From: a virus
Lineage: Duplodnaviria; Caudoviricetes
IMG/VR virus record: IMGVR_UViG_3300014613_000003
Location: 1 to 63,101 of that record
Length of the DNA: 63,101 nt
Strand: one strand, 5' to 3'
This document shows, one piece after another, positions 31,901-39,596 of this stretch (positions are counted from its first letter, which is position 1; each line of letters begins with the position of its first letter). The position numbers and the translations under genes are program-made. The notes under the pieces are model-generated. The model worked only from the letters and a program-made list of their open reading frames with translations, made no database searches and had not been told where the DNA came from.

Positions 31901-34900
31901 TCGGATGCCCGCCGGTCGCTGCGCATCACCCGCGAGCGCCGCGACGAGCAGCGCGCCAAGCTCAAGGCGCTGGACGATGCCGGCGTGGTCGAGGCCGTGG
32001 AGGCGCTGACCAAGGCCACCATGGGCGCTGGCTTCACCATGACCGTGGACGGCACCGAGTACGACACCCGTAAGGATGCCGAGGCCGCCATTGCTGCCTT
32101 TGCTGAGGAACACGTCCGCACCGGCGACAAGCGCCAGCACTCGGTCGGAAACTTCGGCGGCCACGCGCTGAGCCTGTCCTGGCCGCAGTGGGCCGATCAG
32201 CCGGTTATGACGGTGGATATCAACGGCACGCCGCTATCGAGCCGTAGCCTGCGGATGCAGAGCCTGGAAACCGCCCTGCGCGGCTATCCGGAGGAAATCC
32301 AGAAGCAACGCAATGAAGTGGTCGAGGCGGCGCGCACCCTTACCCGCCTGGAGCAGGTAGCGGCCGAGCCGTTCCACATGGCTGCCGACCTGGAGCGCGC
32401 CAAGAAGGACTACGAGCTGCTGGAGAAAGACCTGGAGCAAAACCCGGTACCGCCGCCGGCATGGCTGCGCAGTGGCGTGCCGGTCGATACCGAAGTGACC
32501 TGGAAGAACAAGACCTTTGTAGTCACTGGCCACCGCTGGAACAAAGACGGCTGGTTCGTGCTGGCGGCGGATGCCAAGGGCAACGTAGTGATTCCATACA
32601 CCGAGGCGCGGGACGCGCAAGGGATGGCCATCTACGAGGAGCGCGCTTTCGAGGCGCCGGAAGTGGTCACGAAGGACAACCCGGCAGGCCTGACCGAGGC
32701 CGACCGCGTACCGGAAGATTCAGGCGTCCGGCTCAGTCGTGCCGGTGGGCGTCCGTCCGGTGCTACCCGCGTCAGTTATCTCGACCGGCGGACAGTAGAA
32801 CAACTCGCCGTCGAAGCCGTGGGCGAAGCCACCGCGCGCGATCGGTTTGTCTTCACCAGCTACGCCGACCTTCCCGAGGATGTGAAAGCGGAAGCTACGC
32901 GCCAGGGCGCGGCGCCACGAACGGTACAGGGTCTTTACAGTCCCAAACATAACAAGACCTTCATTATTGACGATCGGTTTACCAGCGCAGACGAAGCGAA
33001 GGGCATCATGTTCCATGAGCATTATGTCCACTTCGGCCTGCGCGCCAAGTATGGGCTCCAGCTGGGGCCGCAACTGCGCCAGCTGCTGAACGGCGTCGGC
33101 GGTCTGGACGGTATACGCAAGCTGTCCCGCGAGCAGGGTATCAACCTGGCCGCCTACGAGCGTGGCATCCTGGGCAATCCGGAAATCGCCGCATCCAAGC
33201 AGCCGCTTATCCTGATGGAGGAATTGCTGGCGCACATTGGCGAAACCACCGGCTCGCTACGCCGCCTGCTGGAGGAGTTTGTGGGAATGCTGCGCGCCTG
33301 GGCACGCAAGGCGCGCTCTAACTGGTTCGCCGAGCTGGGCGTTACCGACATGGCCTACGTGCTGCGCGAGGCTCGAAATGCGGCCAAGCAGGCCGACCGG
33401 GCGCCCAAGGGCCAGCCGATGTTCAAGCTGGCCGGTGGCGTCGACCAGACCGGCACCGATGCGTTCCAGCGCTGGTTTGGCGACTCCAAGGTAGTCGACA
33501 AACAGGGCGAGCCGCGCGTGCTGTATCACGGCACCGCCAATGACTTCACCGTGTTCGAGAATCGGTCGGGCAACAGCACCGGGCACGCCACGTCGGACCT
33601 GGGCTACTTTATGACCACCGAACGCAGCAGCGCCGAGGGCTATGCCCGCAACGCCAGCGACGGCATGCCAGGGCTGTCGAAGGTCATGGAGCTGTATGCG
33701 TCGATCAAGAACCCCTACACCGCCACGCTGGCGGAAATGCAGGCGATCGAAAACCCGCTCCAGGCGCGTCGATTCCGCGCCAAGCTGGAGCAGGCTGGGC
33801 ACGACGGCATCCATATCCCGGCGCAAAAGGCCTGGGTCGCGTTCGCCAACTACCAGATCAAGTCGGCCACCGACAACGTGGGCACCTTCGACGACTTCGA
33901 TGCTGATATTCGGTTCAGCCTGGCCGGCGGCTTCCTGGGCCGCCGCGAGCCGTTCGAGCTGACCGCGCGCAACGCCAAGCGCAGCCTGAAAGGCCGCCTG
34001 GCTGACCTGAAACCGGCACTGCTGGGCGCGCTGCCGCTGACCTACATGCGCGACTTTGCTCCGCAGTCGATGACCGCGCTATCGGCCTACATGGACGAGA
34101 AACGCGCCATGGATGCCGATCGCAACGAAATGCACACCCGCTATGACGCGATCGCACAGCGCTGGCTGAAACTGCGCTGGACCGATCGCAAGGCTGAGCA
34201 GCGCCTGGCCGACCTCATGCACTCGGCAACCCTGGAAGGCGTAGACCCCAGCAAGCCGATCAAGGACAGCTACACGCCCGAGCAGAAGGCGACCTATAAC
34301 CGTCTGCGGATGCAGTACCAATCGCTGCCGGAAGGGCATCGCGCGATGTTTGGCGATGCGCGGGACGCCTACAAGCAACAGGTCACGACCCTGGAGGGTG
34401 TGATCGAGGAAAACATCCGCAAGTCGGCCGAGTACGCCAAGAAGCGCGCGCGCCGCGATCGGGATGCCGATATCGAGCGGGCCAAGGACGAGCTGACCGG
34501 CGACGAGCTGGACGAAGCCCTGGAGGCGGCCGACAAGCGCTACAACGGCCGCGTGGCGTCGGCTGAGCAGGGTGGCAGCGCGAAGATCCTGCTGCTGCGC
34601 CAGAAGTTCGAGAGCATGCGGGTCGACGAGCCTTACTTCCCGCTCAAGCGCTACGGCGAATACTTCGTTGCGCTGCGCGACGGTGACGAACTGGTGTCGT
34701 TCTCGATGTTCGAGAGCGCCGCCGACATGGAGGCCGCCGCCGCTGAGCTGCGCAAGACCTACCCGAGCCTGGACGTGAAGGTGGGCCGGCAGTCGAATAA
34801 GCAGGAGCTGGAGGGCGCGGTGGACCCGGCCTTTATCGCCGACTTGCAGGACGTGGTATCGCGGATGCCCAACAGCAAGGAACTGTCCGACCAGATTTAC

Positions 34901-36658
34901 CAGATGTACCTGGAAACCATGCCGGACTTCTCCATGCGCAAGGGCTTCATTCACCGGAAGAAGACGGCCGGCTTCGACCGTGACGCCATGCGTGCCTTTG
35001 CCAGCTCCATGTTCCATAGCTCGTACCAGATCGCCCGACTGAAACACTCGCTGGAAATGAACGAGCTGGTCGAGCAGGTCGAGGAACAGGCCAAGGCCGC
35101 TGCCGATCCGGTGGACGCTATGACCATTGCGAACGAGCTCAGAAAACGCCATGAGTGGGTGATGGCGCCCAAGGGCGGCAAGATCGCGCAGCACATTACA
35201 TCGGCCGCGTTCGTCTATCAGCTGGGCCTGACCCCGGCCGCTGCGCTGGTGAACACCTCGCAAACCTGGATGATGGGTATCCCGATCCTGGGCGCGCGCT
35301 TTGGCAGCGAGACGAAAGCCATGGCGGCGCTGGCCAAGGCGTCCAAGGACTTCGTACAGGGTCGCGGCCACATCGAGAAGACGCTGGAGGGCGACGAAGC
35401 GCTGGCCGCTGCCGAGTTCATCCGCATGGGCTTGTGGGACAAGACTCAATCACATGACTTGGCCGGCGTCGGCGACACCGGCGTGGAATACAACCCGCTG
35501 CGCCATAAGGTGATGGGCTATATCAGCTGGGCGTTCCACAACGCCGAGCGCTACAACCGAGAGGTTACGTCGCTGGCCGCTTACCGCATGGCGCGCGAGA
35601 GCGGCCTGGACCATGAGGCAGCGATCAAGGAATCGGTCGAACTGACCTACACAACCCACTTCGACTATTCGAGCGGCAACCGCGCCCGGTACCTGCAAAA
35701 CGACACGGCCAAGGTCTTGTTCGTGTTCCGCCAGCACTCGATCAACATGCTGGCGCGCCTGGTGATTGATATCCGCGGCGCCATGAAGGGCGAGACACCG
35801 GAGGTCAAGAAGGCCGCCAAGCGTCGTCTGGCGGGCATGTTCTCGATGTTCGCGCTGTTCGCCGGCGCCATGGGCATTCCCGGTATGACGGCCATTCTGG
35901 CGCTGCTGGACCTGTTCGATGACGAAGACGACCCGTGGAGCGCCGAGGACAAGATCAAGCGCAACCTGGTGGAAGCGCTGGGGCCGGACGTGGCCAAGGT
36001 GGTCTTGCACGGTGCCCCCGGTACCGCGCTGGATCTGTCGCTGACCGAGCGTATCGGCATGGGCAGCCTGTGGTTCTGGTCGCCTGGCCGCGAGCTGGAA
36101 GGCAAGGACTCGTATCTGTACTGGATGGAGCAGGTACTGGGCGCTGCGCCGGCGATGGTCAGCAATGCCTTTACCGGCATGAGCATGATCGGCGAGGGCC
36201 ACGTCTGGCGCGGTATCGAGGCGATGATGCCCAAGGCGATCAAGGATGTGATGCGTTCGGGCCGCTACGCGCAGGAAGGCGTACAGACCATGAACGGCGC
36301 GTCCCTGGTCGACGACGTGAGTACCTGGAACCTGATTTCTCAGGCGATGGGCTTCACGCCGGCGCACATTGCCGAGCGCTACGACACCAACAGCGCCTTG
36401 AAGACCGCCGAACAGCACGTCCTGAACGAGCGCCGCAGCATCCTCAACCGTTACGCCATGGCCATGCGTCAGGGCGACAACGAGACGCGCGGCGCGCTGC
36501 TGGAGCGGATCCGCTCGTTCAACGGCCGGTACCCGCAGTACCCCATCACCGGCAAGACCATATCGGCATCGCTCAAGGCCCGCGCGCGCCGTGAGGCTGA
36601 GGCCGAGGGCGGTCTGACGATCAACCGTCGTTTGGAGTTCCTGCGCGACCAGCTGTGA
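22991..36658 (+). CDS. Giant DarB-like polyvalent internal virion protein (ParB-N-like, N6-adenine MTase, SNF2 helicase, zincin-like, ART-like, PLxRFG domains)
   Basis: VLDGHHQW (~25010); NAHYTDP, LEPSMGIGNF, IGNWPF (~27780-28070); AHEVGTGKT (~29885), DEAH (~30425), QRNGRGHRQGN; FHEHYVH (~33010); WFGDSKVVD...LYHGT (~33470); YFPLKRYG (~34635). Confidence 0.9.
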   Translation: MADLKPWEEYAQQQPGSTPALKPWEEYGGTTAPEASGVIDTLKEGTKSAGRAIGSAVNTYTGNADAVVEKAAAQQEAPKDERLANFYSDVEKNSADDSEDAGVLDAVGNVGKAIWDNPAGAGLAVVEQIPNSVPTLAGGFAGMKGGAALGTAVGGPVGAAVGGIAGGLAGMFLGNTAIETGHKAMAAADDGEYTPEEMDQVKREGAIKGGVITGVDALTLGAGGRLAGAMQRTVSTAMESATRKALIDRGVDVADEASVLAARNDPAISAAVRAAQESAVKATDTLKRRAAEAGTLMSMETVGEGVGEYLGELAATGEGNVTDAVLESLLSVGQSGAETVWNMTRKRERPGMWTEAAAIADPTLDQAAPLEDPAVDTSTVQPLPSEGNPAPAPVPRPDPSNGPLSAAAAAMPAAPIAGPLADAVPAAEAVAEQPAAEATVSAEGPLADAPPMNDYAAEQPQAAAEVPATSEPVATPSQRAILTRRGVPVEQIARLSQKAAGDLIKQQNKTQQAGKPEPQQMGLQEPAAVESELREQLGYLERQAKSAGGWTAPLSRERARLRAALEQFGGEQAAKQPAADPIQGQDIDGDWMTFAEQSGTKQVPRANMPQIKAEHRGAMVNFLNARGITHQDESVPAASLKPTQGEFSRKKVEQAKAYTGGNRSILVSSDNHVLDGHHQWLAAREAGEDVKVIRLGAPIEDLLTAAAEFPSSTTAEGATTAQAPEKPAAEQVKAARKPKQEAMPTQAFKSTAGVGDILAVKERYSDDKFGVSWSSTDIASAGSMEEAAAIAKAVAESGADNITDMRAAAAKFRSAAPADQMAVKDAAPATPDAAPVKWFASESKANDFIAKKKLSATHQVVKNGSKYEIQPLAEQQGDLIVQQPPVVEPTPAAEPVVEQVEEAAKAPEPSVEAAEQDTDSQKPAVPSDAELELASRHKKIDKTLDLMDDAQITDLYARANLAGAATPVEQKRKILSQEHPDDIEPLLKPKAEPAAKAPEPETAPESTSIAVRSIRAGKQLALALEAIGFTKIEGTNGMKHVVEGAGRAATTSVRPIRTDDQIQFQVSSVTTSMQDGRMKSAAPGMTETFDSMDEAVALAAQWQEVNRKWVRDAVAPSGTAQAADTGVPIEDARKSDKLRQARKMGLDAYNAGEERTPPAWMGEGDIADAWLVGFGDGIAANLQRNMDAAKEQEKVAAPDLAQQLAGMSNAALSSLIDDIAAEDAQVADTAKPAPKRKRKTQPKAKDATPKPRSTTSPAESADETDAADVERTAGEIAKSFGYNVSSAGMEAIKGLTELFGGSGKLSSGLTFDEETYAKAKPHFQAMLRDAQAAGHDLAQFVRTVLQSFGTGVKPYIIRYANDLRDEVAQPQENTNGTDSTQPAVDRGNPAGVPGAAGGRGNDAQSGSAPADSDGVASGEPENVGEPGAGGTDDAAGLRPAKPDVDGNGRAAGAGRAGNGREGTGRAKPSDDGARADRSPSVTPTKAPAEVSPGNPGPGNFHVADPLKIVGGGQVARFDKNRAAIDLYNDLRAEGRPATREEQETLAGYTGWGSFGQELFQGSWAHPAPKSGWEARDSWLRDNLGQTEWEGLQRSITNAHYTDPPTVMAMWEMVKRMGFDGGRVLEPSMGIGNFFGMMPADLKARSQLAGIELDPVTGGMAKLLYPEANVQVKGYQDSKTPDGFYDLVIGNWPFEDTVIADRRYQRLNPYLHDYFFLKAVDQARAGGLVVGITSKGSMDKKSIGIRAELAKKAELVASFRLPSGAFKEYAGTSVVTDIVILRKRPEPVRNISDAGWIESVDYKTPSGETVSINEYYVKNPQNVIGTIDFGHGTTFKRPGMIVHRPDNMAEQLVRITAMAPEGAFQPERQAKTVSYVANHTDDRENSLIRTKDGLFVVRGEYLAPAVDVLSYKIKNEATNAQREDQLDRLITLRKQYAALIDAQRTGDAKTERKALKASYDAFVAKHGTINGSYGLKYLQRIDDPFYASLAALEIQGKDGALVPSAIMSKATTRGALNIQSPSITDAYVLARNQSINPTIEQVAELAKKPAAEVKAELLAKGAVFELPSGDVVPADIYLSGNVREKLRDAKAAVAEGLAQLQSNVAALEKVVPADVPYYKIEAQMGASWVSTGIYAEYVAHMLNLTTPDGIDVSYSNGRWKIKLPKGANNRAEASAGFGTREVPFSRLVNAAITNQTINITRKGSDGKSYNDPEATKEVNGKISEIRQRFGEWLWSDPERRSAVEREYNDARNAYATPNFDGSVLGFEGMALSLGNGPFDLRKHQMDAIWRALVMRRSLNAHEVGTGKTFTMGGIAVESRRYGIAKKPLILAHNANSKSVAAEIQMMYPAAKVLYIDNLSPDTVDIKLRQIANDDWDAVVLPHSLIDRLAFKEETLMAIAYEEIRELEIAAAEAAAEDGVDLTKEMLDDEKALEKLRSVTAKDLVKTRNKIINTIKKQAQQASREGATAFEDLGIDMVLVDEAHEFKKPPFSTQMKMKGLQTQSSNRSIALAFLTKYIRTNNAGGNVHLFTGTPITNTLTEVFHQMRYIMQEEMEAAGVDQWDGWFGSFAREVTDVELNAAAEYEAVTRLSAFINVPELRRMIGQYMDVVFADDMPEMKPRRTATGKLLSDSDLTEAERAELLNGRTEQAKDRPYKKVIVDTADLTDEQKIEFQKIQGYARAWRNMSGKERKQAMNAGDPESPIIYENLAGKASFDVRLNRGAELAGQEGRVPDTDDSKSSRVIRNVLEIYGSHPLATQVIFAQQGLSTTATKSVGPVGDKRKVTYKTFSTMRDMVERLVQQGIPREQIAIVDGSTSKDKRKAIADAMNRAEIRVVIGSSQSLGVGVNMQRNLRAMHHMDAPWMPGDLEQRNGRGHRQGNQWNTVLEYRYLTDRLDGRRWQVLAIKQRFITAFLKANDADRVIEGDAAGEEESDILETFAEAAGDPRILVREKLNKKIDQLQSRERLHGQAVSDARRSLRITRERRDEQRAKLKALDDAGVVEAVEALTKATMGAGFTMTVDGTEYDTRKDAEAAIAAFAEEHVRTGDKRQHSVGNFGGHALSLSWPQWADQPVMTVDINGTPLSSRSLRMQSLETALRGYPEEIQKQRNEVVEAARTLTRLEQVAAEPFHMAADLERAKKDYELLEKDLEQNPVPPPAWLRSGVPVDTEVTWKNKTFVVTGHRWNKDGWFVLAADAKGNVVIPYTEARDAQGMAIYEERAFEAPEVVTKDNPAGLTEADRVPEDSGVRLSRAGGRPSGATRVSYLDRRTVEQLAVEAVGEATARDRFVFTSYADLPEDVKAEATRQGAAPRTVQGLYSPKHNKTFIIDDRFTSADEAKGIMFHEHYVHFGLRAKYGLQLGPQLRQLLNGVGGLDGIRKLSREQGINLAAYERGILGNPEIAASKQPLILMEELLAHIGETTGSLRRLLEEFVGMLRAWARKARSNWFAELGVTDMAYVLREARNAAKQADRAPKGQPMFKLAGGVDQTGTDAFQRWFGDSKVVDKQGEPRVLYHGTANDFTVFENRSGNSTGHATSDLGYFMTTERSSAEGYARNASDGMPGLSKVMELYASIKNPYTATLAEMQAIENPLQARRFRAKLEQAGHDGIHIPAQKAWVAFANYQIKSATDNVGTFDDFDADIRFSLAGGFLGRREPFELTARNAKRSLKGRLADLKPALLGALPLTYMRDFAPQSMTALSAYMDEKRAMDADRNEMHTRYDAIAQRWLKLRWTDRKAEQRLADLMHSATLEGVDPSKPIKDSYTPEQKATYNRLRMQYQSLPEGHRAMFGDARDAYKQQVTTLEGVIEENIRKSAEYAKKRARRDRDADIERAKDELTGDELDEALEAADKRYNGRVASAEQGGSAKILLLRQKFESMRVDEPYFPLKRYGEYFVALRDGDELVSFSMFESAADMEAAAAELRKTYPSLDVKVGRQSNKQELEGAVDPAFIADLQDVVSRMPNSKELSDQIYQMYLETMPDFSMRKGFIHRKKTAGFDRDAMRAFASSMFHSSYQIARLKHSLEMNELVEQVEEQAKAAADPVDAMTIANELRKRHEWVMAPKGGKIAQHITSAAFVYQLGLTPAAALVNTSQTWMMGIPILGARFGSETKAMAALAKASKDFVQGRGHIEKTLEGDEALAAAEFIRMGLWDKTQSHDLAGVGDTGVEYNPLRHKVMGYISWAFHNAERYNREVTSLAAYRMARESGLDHEAAIKESVELTYTTHFDYSSGNRARYLQNDTAKVLFVFRQHSINMLARLVIDIRGAMKGETPEVKKAAKRRLAGMFSMFALFAGAMGIPGMTAILALLDLFDDEDDPWSAEDKIKRNLVEALGPDVAKVVLHGAPGTALDLSLTERIGMGSLWFWSPGRELEGKDSYLYWMEQVLGAAPAMVSNAFTGMSMIGEGHVWRGIEAMMPKAIKDVMRSGRYAQEGVQTMNGASLVDDVSTWNLISQAMGFTPAHIAERYDTNSALKTAEQHVLNERRSILNRYAMAMRQGDNETRGALLERIRSFNGRYPQYPITGKTISASLKARARREAEAEGGLTINRRLEFLRDQL
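27114..27434 (+). CDS. Nested (overprinted) 106-aa helical protein in the +1 frame of the giant gene
   Basis: AGGAG 7 nt before the ATG; high GC3 in this frame while the host frame turns low-complexity with A/T-ending codons. Confidence 0.75.
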   Translation: MAQTALSPQWIAEIRQEYQALLADEETMHNRDLHRRILTAWRLESPKMWANLARAGLTTPLAYVLQNRMWTEMDELLGQGVPVTDAKEQAERNHLMMEPEQTEAQA

Positions 36659-36679
36659 TGACCAGGTAAGCAACGCATG

Positions 36680-36704
36680 GGCGTCCTTCGGGGCGCCTTT
36701 TTTT
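36680..36704 (+). terminator. Rho-independent terminator
   Basis: GGCGTCC-TTCG-GGGCGCC followed by T7. Confidence 0.9.
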
Positions 36705-36720
36705 CGTCTGTGGTGTGAAT

Positions 36721-36749
36721 TTGATAAGCATACGGCTAGCGGCTAGTAT
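36721..36749 (+). promoter_or_regulatory. Sigma70-like promoter of the par operon
   Basis: TTGATA-N17-TAGTAT. Confidence 0.6.
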
Positions 36750-36797
36750 TCGCATGGTCAGCACCCCTATATCAACCCACTATCACACGGCAATCAT

Positions 36798-37490
36798 ATG
36801 ATTATAGTTGTAGGAAATTCTAAGGGCGGCGTCGGCAAATCGACCATCGCCGTAAACCTGGCTACCGCGCTGGCGCTCGCCGAGCATGACGTGCTGCTGG
36901 TCAATGGCGACCGTCAGGACACGGCGCAAGTGGCGCTCTACAACCGGGACAGTGACGGCGTAATGCCGCGCGTCGAGGTGGTCCAGCTGGCCGAGGGCAA
37001 AGAGCTGGAGGCCAAGCTGCCGGGCATGGTGCCTGGCTATGACCACGTGATTATCGACGCGGGCGGGCGCGACTCGACGGCGCTGCGGGCGGCGCTGCTG
37101 CTGTGCGACCTGGTGCTGGTGCCCTATGCGCCAGGTTCGCCGGAAGTGTGGGCGCTGGACGATATCGACGCCCTGGTGCGCGAGGCGCGTAACAATCGGC
37201 CCGCGAATAGACCGCTGCGCGCGCTGTCCTTTTTAAACATGGCCGAGTCGACCCTGTGGCGGTCGGCCGACAACATGGCCGCCGTCAAGGCCGCCGGGCA
37301 GATGACGGCGATCGAGCCGCTGATGACCGAGCGCAAGCTGGGCAAGAAAACCGTACTGGAGCCGCTGATGGTGGTGCGCCGCAAGGCCTTCGGGAATGCG
37401 ATAGGGTCAGGCGTCTGTGTCGAGGAACTACGCCCGCGCAACCCCAAGGCCTGCAAAGAATTGGAAGTGCTGATTAGCACATTGGGATAG
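36798..37490 (+). CDS. parA: ParA-family partition ATPase (short, type Ib)
   Basis: KGGVGKSTIAVNLA deviant Walker A; VIIDAGGRDS. Confidence 0.92.
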   Translation: MIIVVGNSKGGVGKSTIAVNLATALALAEHDVLLVNGDRQDTAQVALYNRDSDGVMPRVEVVQLAEGKELEAKLPGMVPGYDHVIIDAGGRDSTALRAALLLCDLVLVPYAPGSPEVWALDDIDALVREARNNRPANRPLRALSFLNMAESTLWRSADNMAAVKAAGQMTAIEPLMTERKLGKKTVLEPLMVVRRKAFGNAIGSGVCVEELRPRNPKACKELEVLISTLG

Positions 37491-37535
37491 GATGCCCATC
37501 GTTCAGCAATCACATGACTATCGACTGGTAACAAT

Positions 37536-37814
37536 ATGACTATCAAAGAGCGCCCTAAACCTACCGTCGGCGCCAATCTGCCCTCCAGCAAGCGGCCTAG
37601 CGACTTCGTTAACGGCGCGCCGGACAGCGGCAAGGTCAATCGCAAGGGCTCCGGCCGTGGCGTGACCGTCGGCAAGAAAGAACAGATCCCGGTCATCATG
37701 GCGCCAGATCTGTTAAGCCGCCTGGATGAAGTGGCTGGCAAGCTGAGCATGTCGCGCTCGGCGGTCATCACCCTGGCAGTGAATCAGTTCCTCAAGAGTG
37801 AGATAGCGCAATGA
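37536..37814 (+). CDS. Ribbon-helix-helix partition partner (ParG-like)
   Basis: Follows parA; flexible N-terminus, then KEQIPVIMAPDLLSRLDEVAGKLSMSRSAVITLAV. Confidence 0.8.
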   Translation: MTIKERPKPTVGANLPSSKRPSDFVNGAPDSGKVNRKGSGRGVTVGKKEQIPVIMAPDLLSRLDEVAGKLSMSRSAVITLAVNQFLKSEIAQ

Positions 37815-38141
37815 CCAGTCCCTACGAAATTAGCTACGAAACGCTGGCGGCCGCGCGGGCCGGGGCTGGCCAGCTGAGTTCGCAGGAGCTTATGGCGGCA
37901 GCCGTAGCAGGCGCCATTGGGGGGGGTGCTGGAGGGTCAGCATGCGTCGATAGAGGAAGAAGTCGGCGACCTTCGCCCGCTGCGGGAGGCCACCGAGGCG
38001 CTGCTGGCGCACAACTCCCGCATCGAGAGCCGCAGGCGCAACCAGCTGCAAGCCGAGTTCGAGCGCCAGGCCACGCCCGAGCGGGTGCTGGCGCTGCTGG
38101 ACGCACTTTGTTACCCACAACAGGACGTTACCGATGATTGA
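37811..38141 (+). pseudogene. Gene frameshifted at a G8 tract (C-terminus Ead/Ea22-like)
   Basis: G8 at 37919-37926; G7 would fuse MTSPYEISY... to VLEGQHASIEEE...ATPERVLALLD. Confidence 0.55.
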
Positions 38142-38541
38142 TACCAGATCCCCGTTCTACCGCCACCGTGAGCTGCTGCTGACGGGCACCTACGGCGTGG
38201 CTGAAAGCCTGCAACAGTTCGTGCTGTCACTGTACAACGGCGCCCGGACGCAGTTCGCAGCGAACAAGCTGGTCAACTACGACGACGAGCATTTTACGAT
38301 CTTCGCCGATTTTGCCGCGTACTACCGCAAACACGCCGAGAACGACGAGGCATTTATGGCGGTGTGCCGGGAAATGTGGGCGCAGCGTGAGCGCTGGGGG
38401 CAGGAGCACCTGGCCCGCGTTGAGCTTCACATGGGTATTGACCCGAAGCATTACGACGAAGGCGAAAGCGAATGGCACGCCCAGCGGCGCTGGCTCGACT
38501 CGGAAACCGAGCGGATGCGGGAAAAGGGCTGGATCGACTGA
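38134..38541 (+). CDS. Hypothetical protein
   Basis: Coupled 135-aa ORF with good codon bias, ending at a terminator. Confidence 0.7.
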   Translation: MIDTRSPFYRHRELLLTGTYGVAESLQQFVLSLYNGARTQFAANKLVNYDDEHFTIFADFAAYYRKHAENDEAFMAVCREMWAQRERWGQEHLARVELHMGIDPKHYDEGESEWHAQRRWLDSETERMREKGWID

Positions 38542-38556
38542 CTCGCTCGCAGAAAC

Positions 38557-38592
38557 AAAAACGGGGCGCCCTGGTCAGGAGCGCCCCGTTTT
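38557..38592. terminator. Bidirectional terminator
   Basis: AAAACGGGGCGC...GCGCCCCGTTTT. Confidence 0.85.
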
Positions 38593-38676
38593 GTTGTGTG
38601 CAATCTGTGGGTCTGGCGTGTGGCGGTGTGTGCGCGGACTTCGCATAATCTGTTTGCCGTGCTGGCCAGTGGCCAT

Positions 38677-38704
38677 CCTTCGCATAACCCCCCTTATGTT
38701 AAAT
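38677..38704 (+). other. dif: dif-like XerC/XerD recombination site
   Basis: CCTTCGCATAA-cccccc-TTATGTTAAAT: canonical XerD arm, XerC-like arm, 6-bp spacer. Confidence 0.85.
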
Positions 38705-38925
38705 GCAAACGGCCGCACTGATCCCTGGTGGACGCGACAGTCACCGGAAACGAAAAAAGGGGGAAGTCCCGAATATAGCCGGACTTCCCCCTTCGTTCAA
38801 GCCCGCCTATCAGCCGTGGCAAAAGCCCGCCATGCCCGTAGCGAACCACCACACCTCTTGCGCGGCCATGAACCCAAGCCCCAACAGGAACCCGGCGCAT
38901 AGCAGCGTCGTCGCGTTGAGTTCCT

Positions 38926-39231
38926 TCATAGCCGCATCCTCTGCTCCAGCCGGTAGCCCTCAAGCAGCGCGGCGATCGCCTCAAAGGGCGACAGCGCAGC
39001 GTGAACGTAGAAGTAGAGCACTTCCTCGTTCGCCTGTATGCGCTCCAGGCGGTACGTGCAACCAACCGTCACAGCGGTTTCCGGTGGTTCGCGGTTCCAG
39101 GCGCCGAGCGCCGGCAGCGGCGCCAGCACATGCGTGTGCAGCATGGGCGTGGGCGCCTTGACGTGCTGCCGGCGCCCATCGGCCGGGCCGCCGACGAATA
39201 GGTACTCGCCGGGTTGGGGTTGGTTTCGCAT
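38926..39231 (-). CDS. Hypothetical protein (YLFVGGPADG motif)
   Basis: Coupled ORF of the leftward operon with GGAGG RBS. Confidence 0.65.
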   Translation of the reverse strand: MRNQPQPGEYLFVGGPADGRRQHVKAPTPMLHTHVLAPLPALGAWNREPPETAVTVGCTYRLERIQANEEVLYFYVHAALSPFEAIAALLEGYRLEQRMRL

Positions 39232-39596
39232 CAGCGGGCACCTCCCATCCGCACGTCACCCGACAGCGAGTTGACGCTGCCGCTGACCGCGCCACAGGTC
39301 ACATCACCGCTCATGGTCTTGACCGAGCCGTCCACGTTGCCGCAATGCACATCGCCGCTCATGGTCTGGACGGTTCCGCACGCGCCGGAGACTTCCACGT
39401 TGCCGCTGCCCGACTCCAGGCGCTCGACGTTGCCCGTCACGGCGATGTAGATGGGGCCGACCAGGCTGCCCGGCTCCTCAACGCCGTCGACCAGTACCTT
39501 GTCGCCATTAATGATGACCGAGCGTCCTACCAGGTCGCGGCCGTCGATGTTCACGCTACCGCGCGTCTCGAAGTAGATCCCGAAGCGCTTCTTCAT
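39231..39596 (-). CDS. Small beta-repeat protein (DUF4097-like TMSGDV repeats)
   Basis: Repeated V.T.SGDV motifs. Confidence 0.7.
   Translation of the reverse strand: MKKRFGIYFETRGSVNIDGRDLVGRSVIINGDKVLVDGVEEPGSLVGPIYIAVTGNVERLESGSGNVEVSGACGTVQTMSGDVHCGNVDGSVKTMSGDVTCGAVSGSVNSLSGDVRMGGAR

Noticed and set aside
29156-36673. Long minus-strand ORFs (325-462 aa) opposite the giant gene, and similar ones opposite portal and capsid
   Set aside because: Antisense shadows expected from high GC3; no RBS or motifs, unlike the nested 27114 ORF
38755-38795. Hairpin GGGGAAGTCC...GGACTTCCCC as a protelomerase site or GGGAC-family site
   Set aside because: No protelomerase is present and the geometry differs; with the adjacent A-run it fits a minus-strand terminator for the leftward operon
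38312-38902. 196-aa ORF spanning the convergence region
   Set aside because: Runs through a terminator, the dif-like site and hairpins; composition is not protein-like
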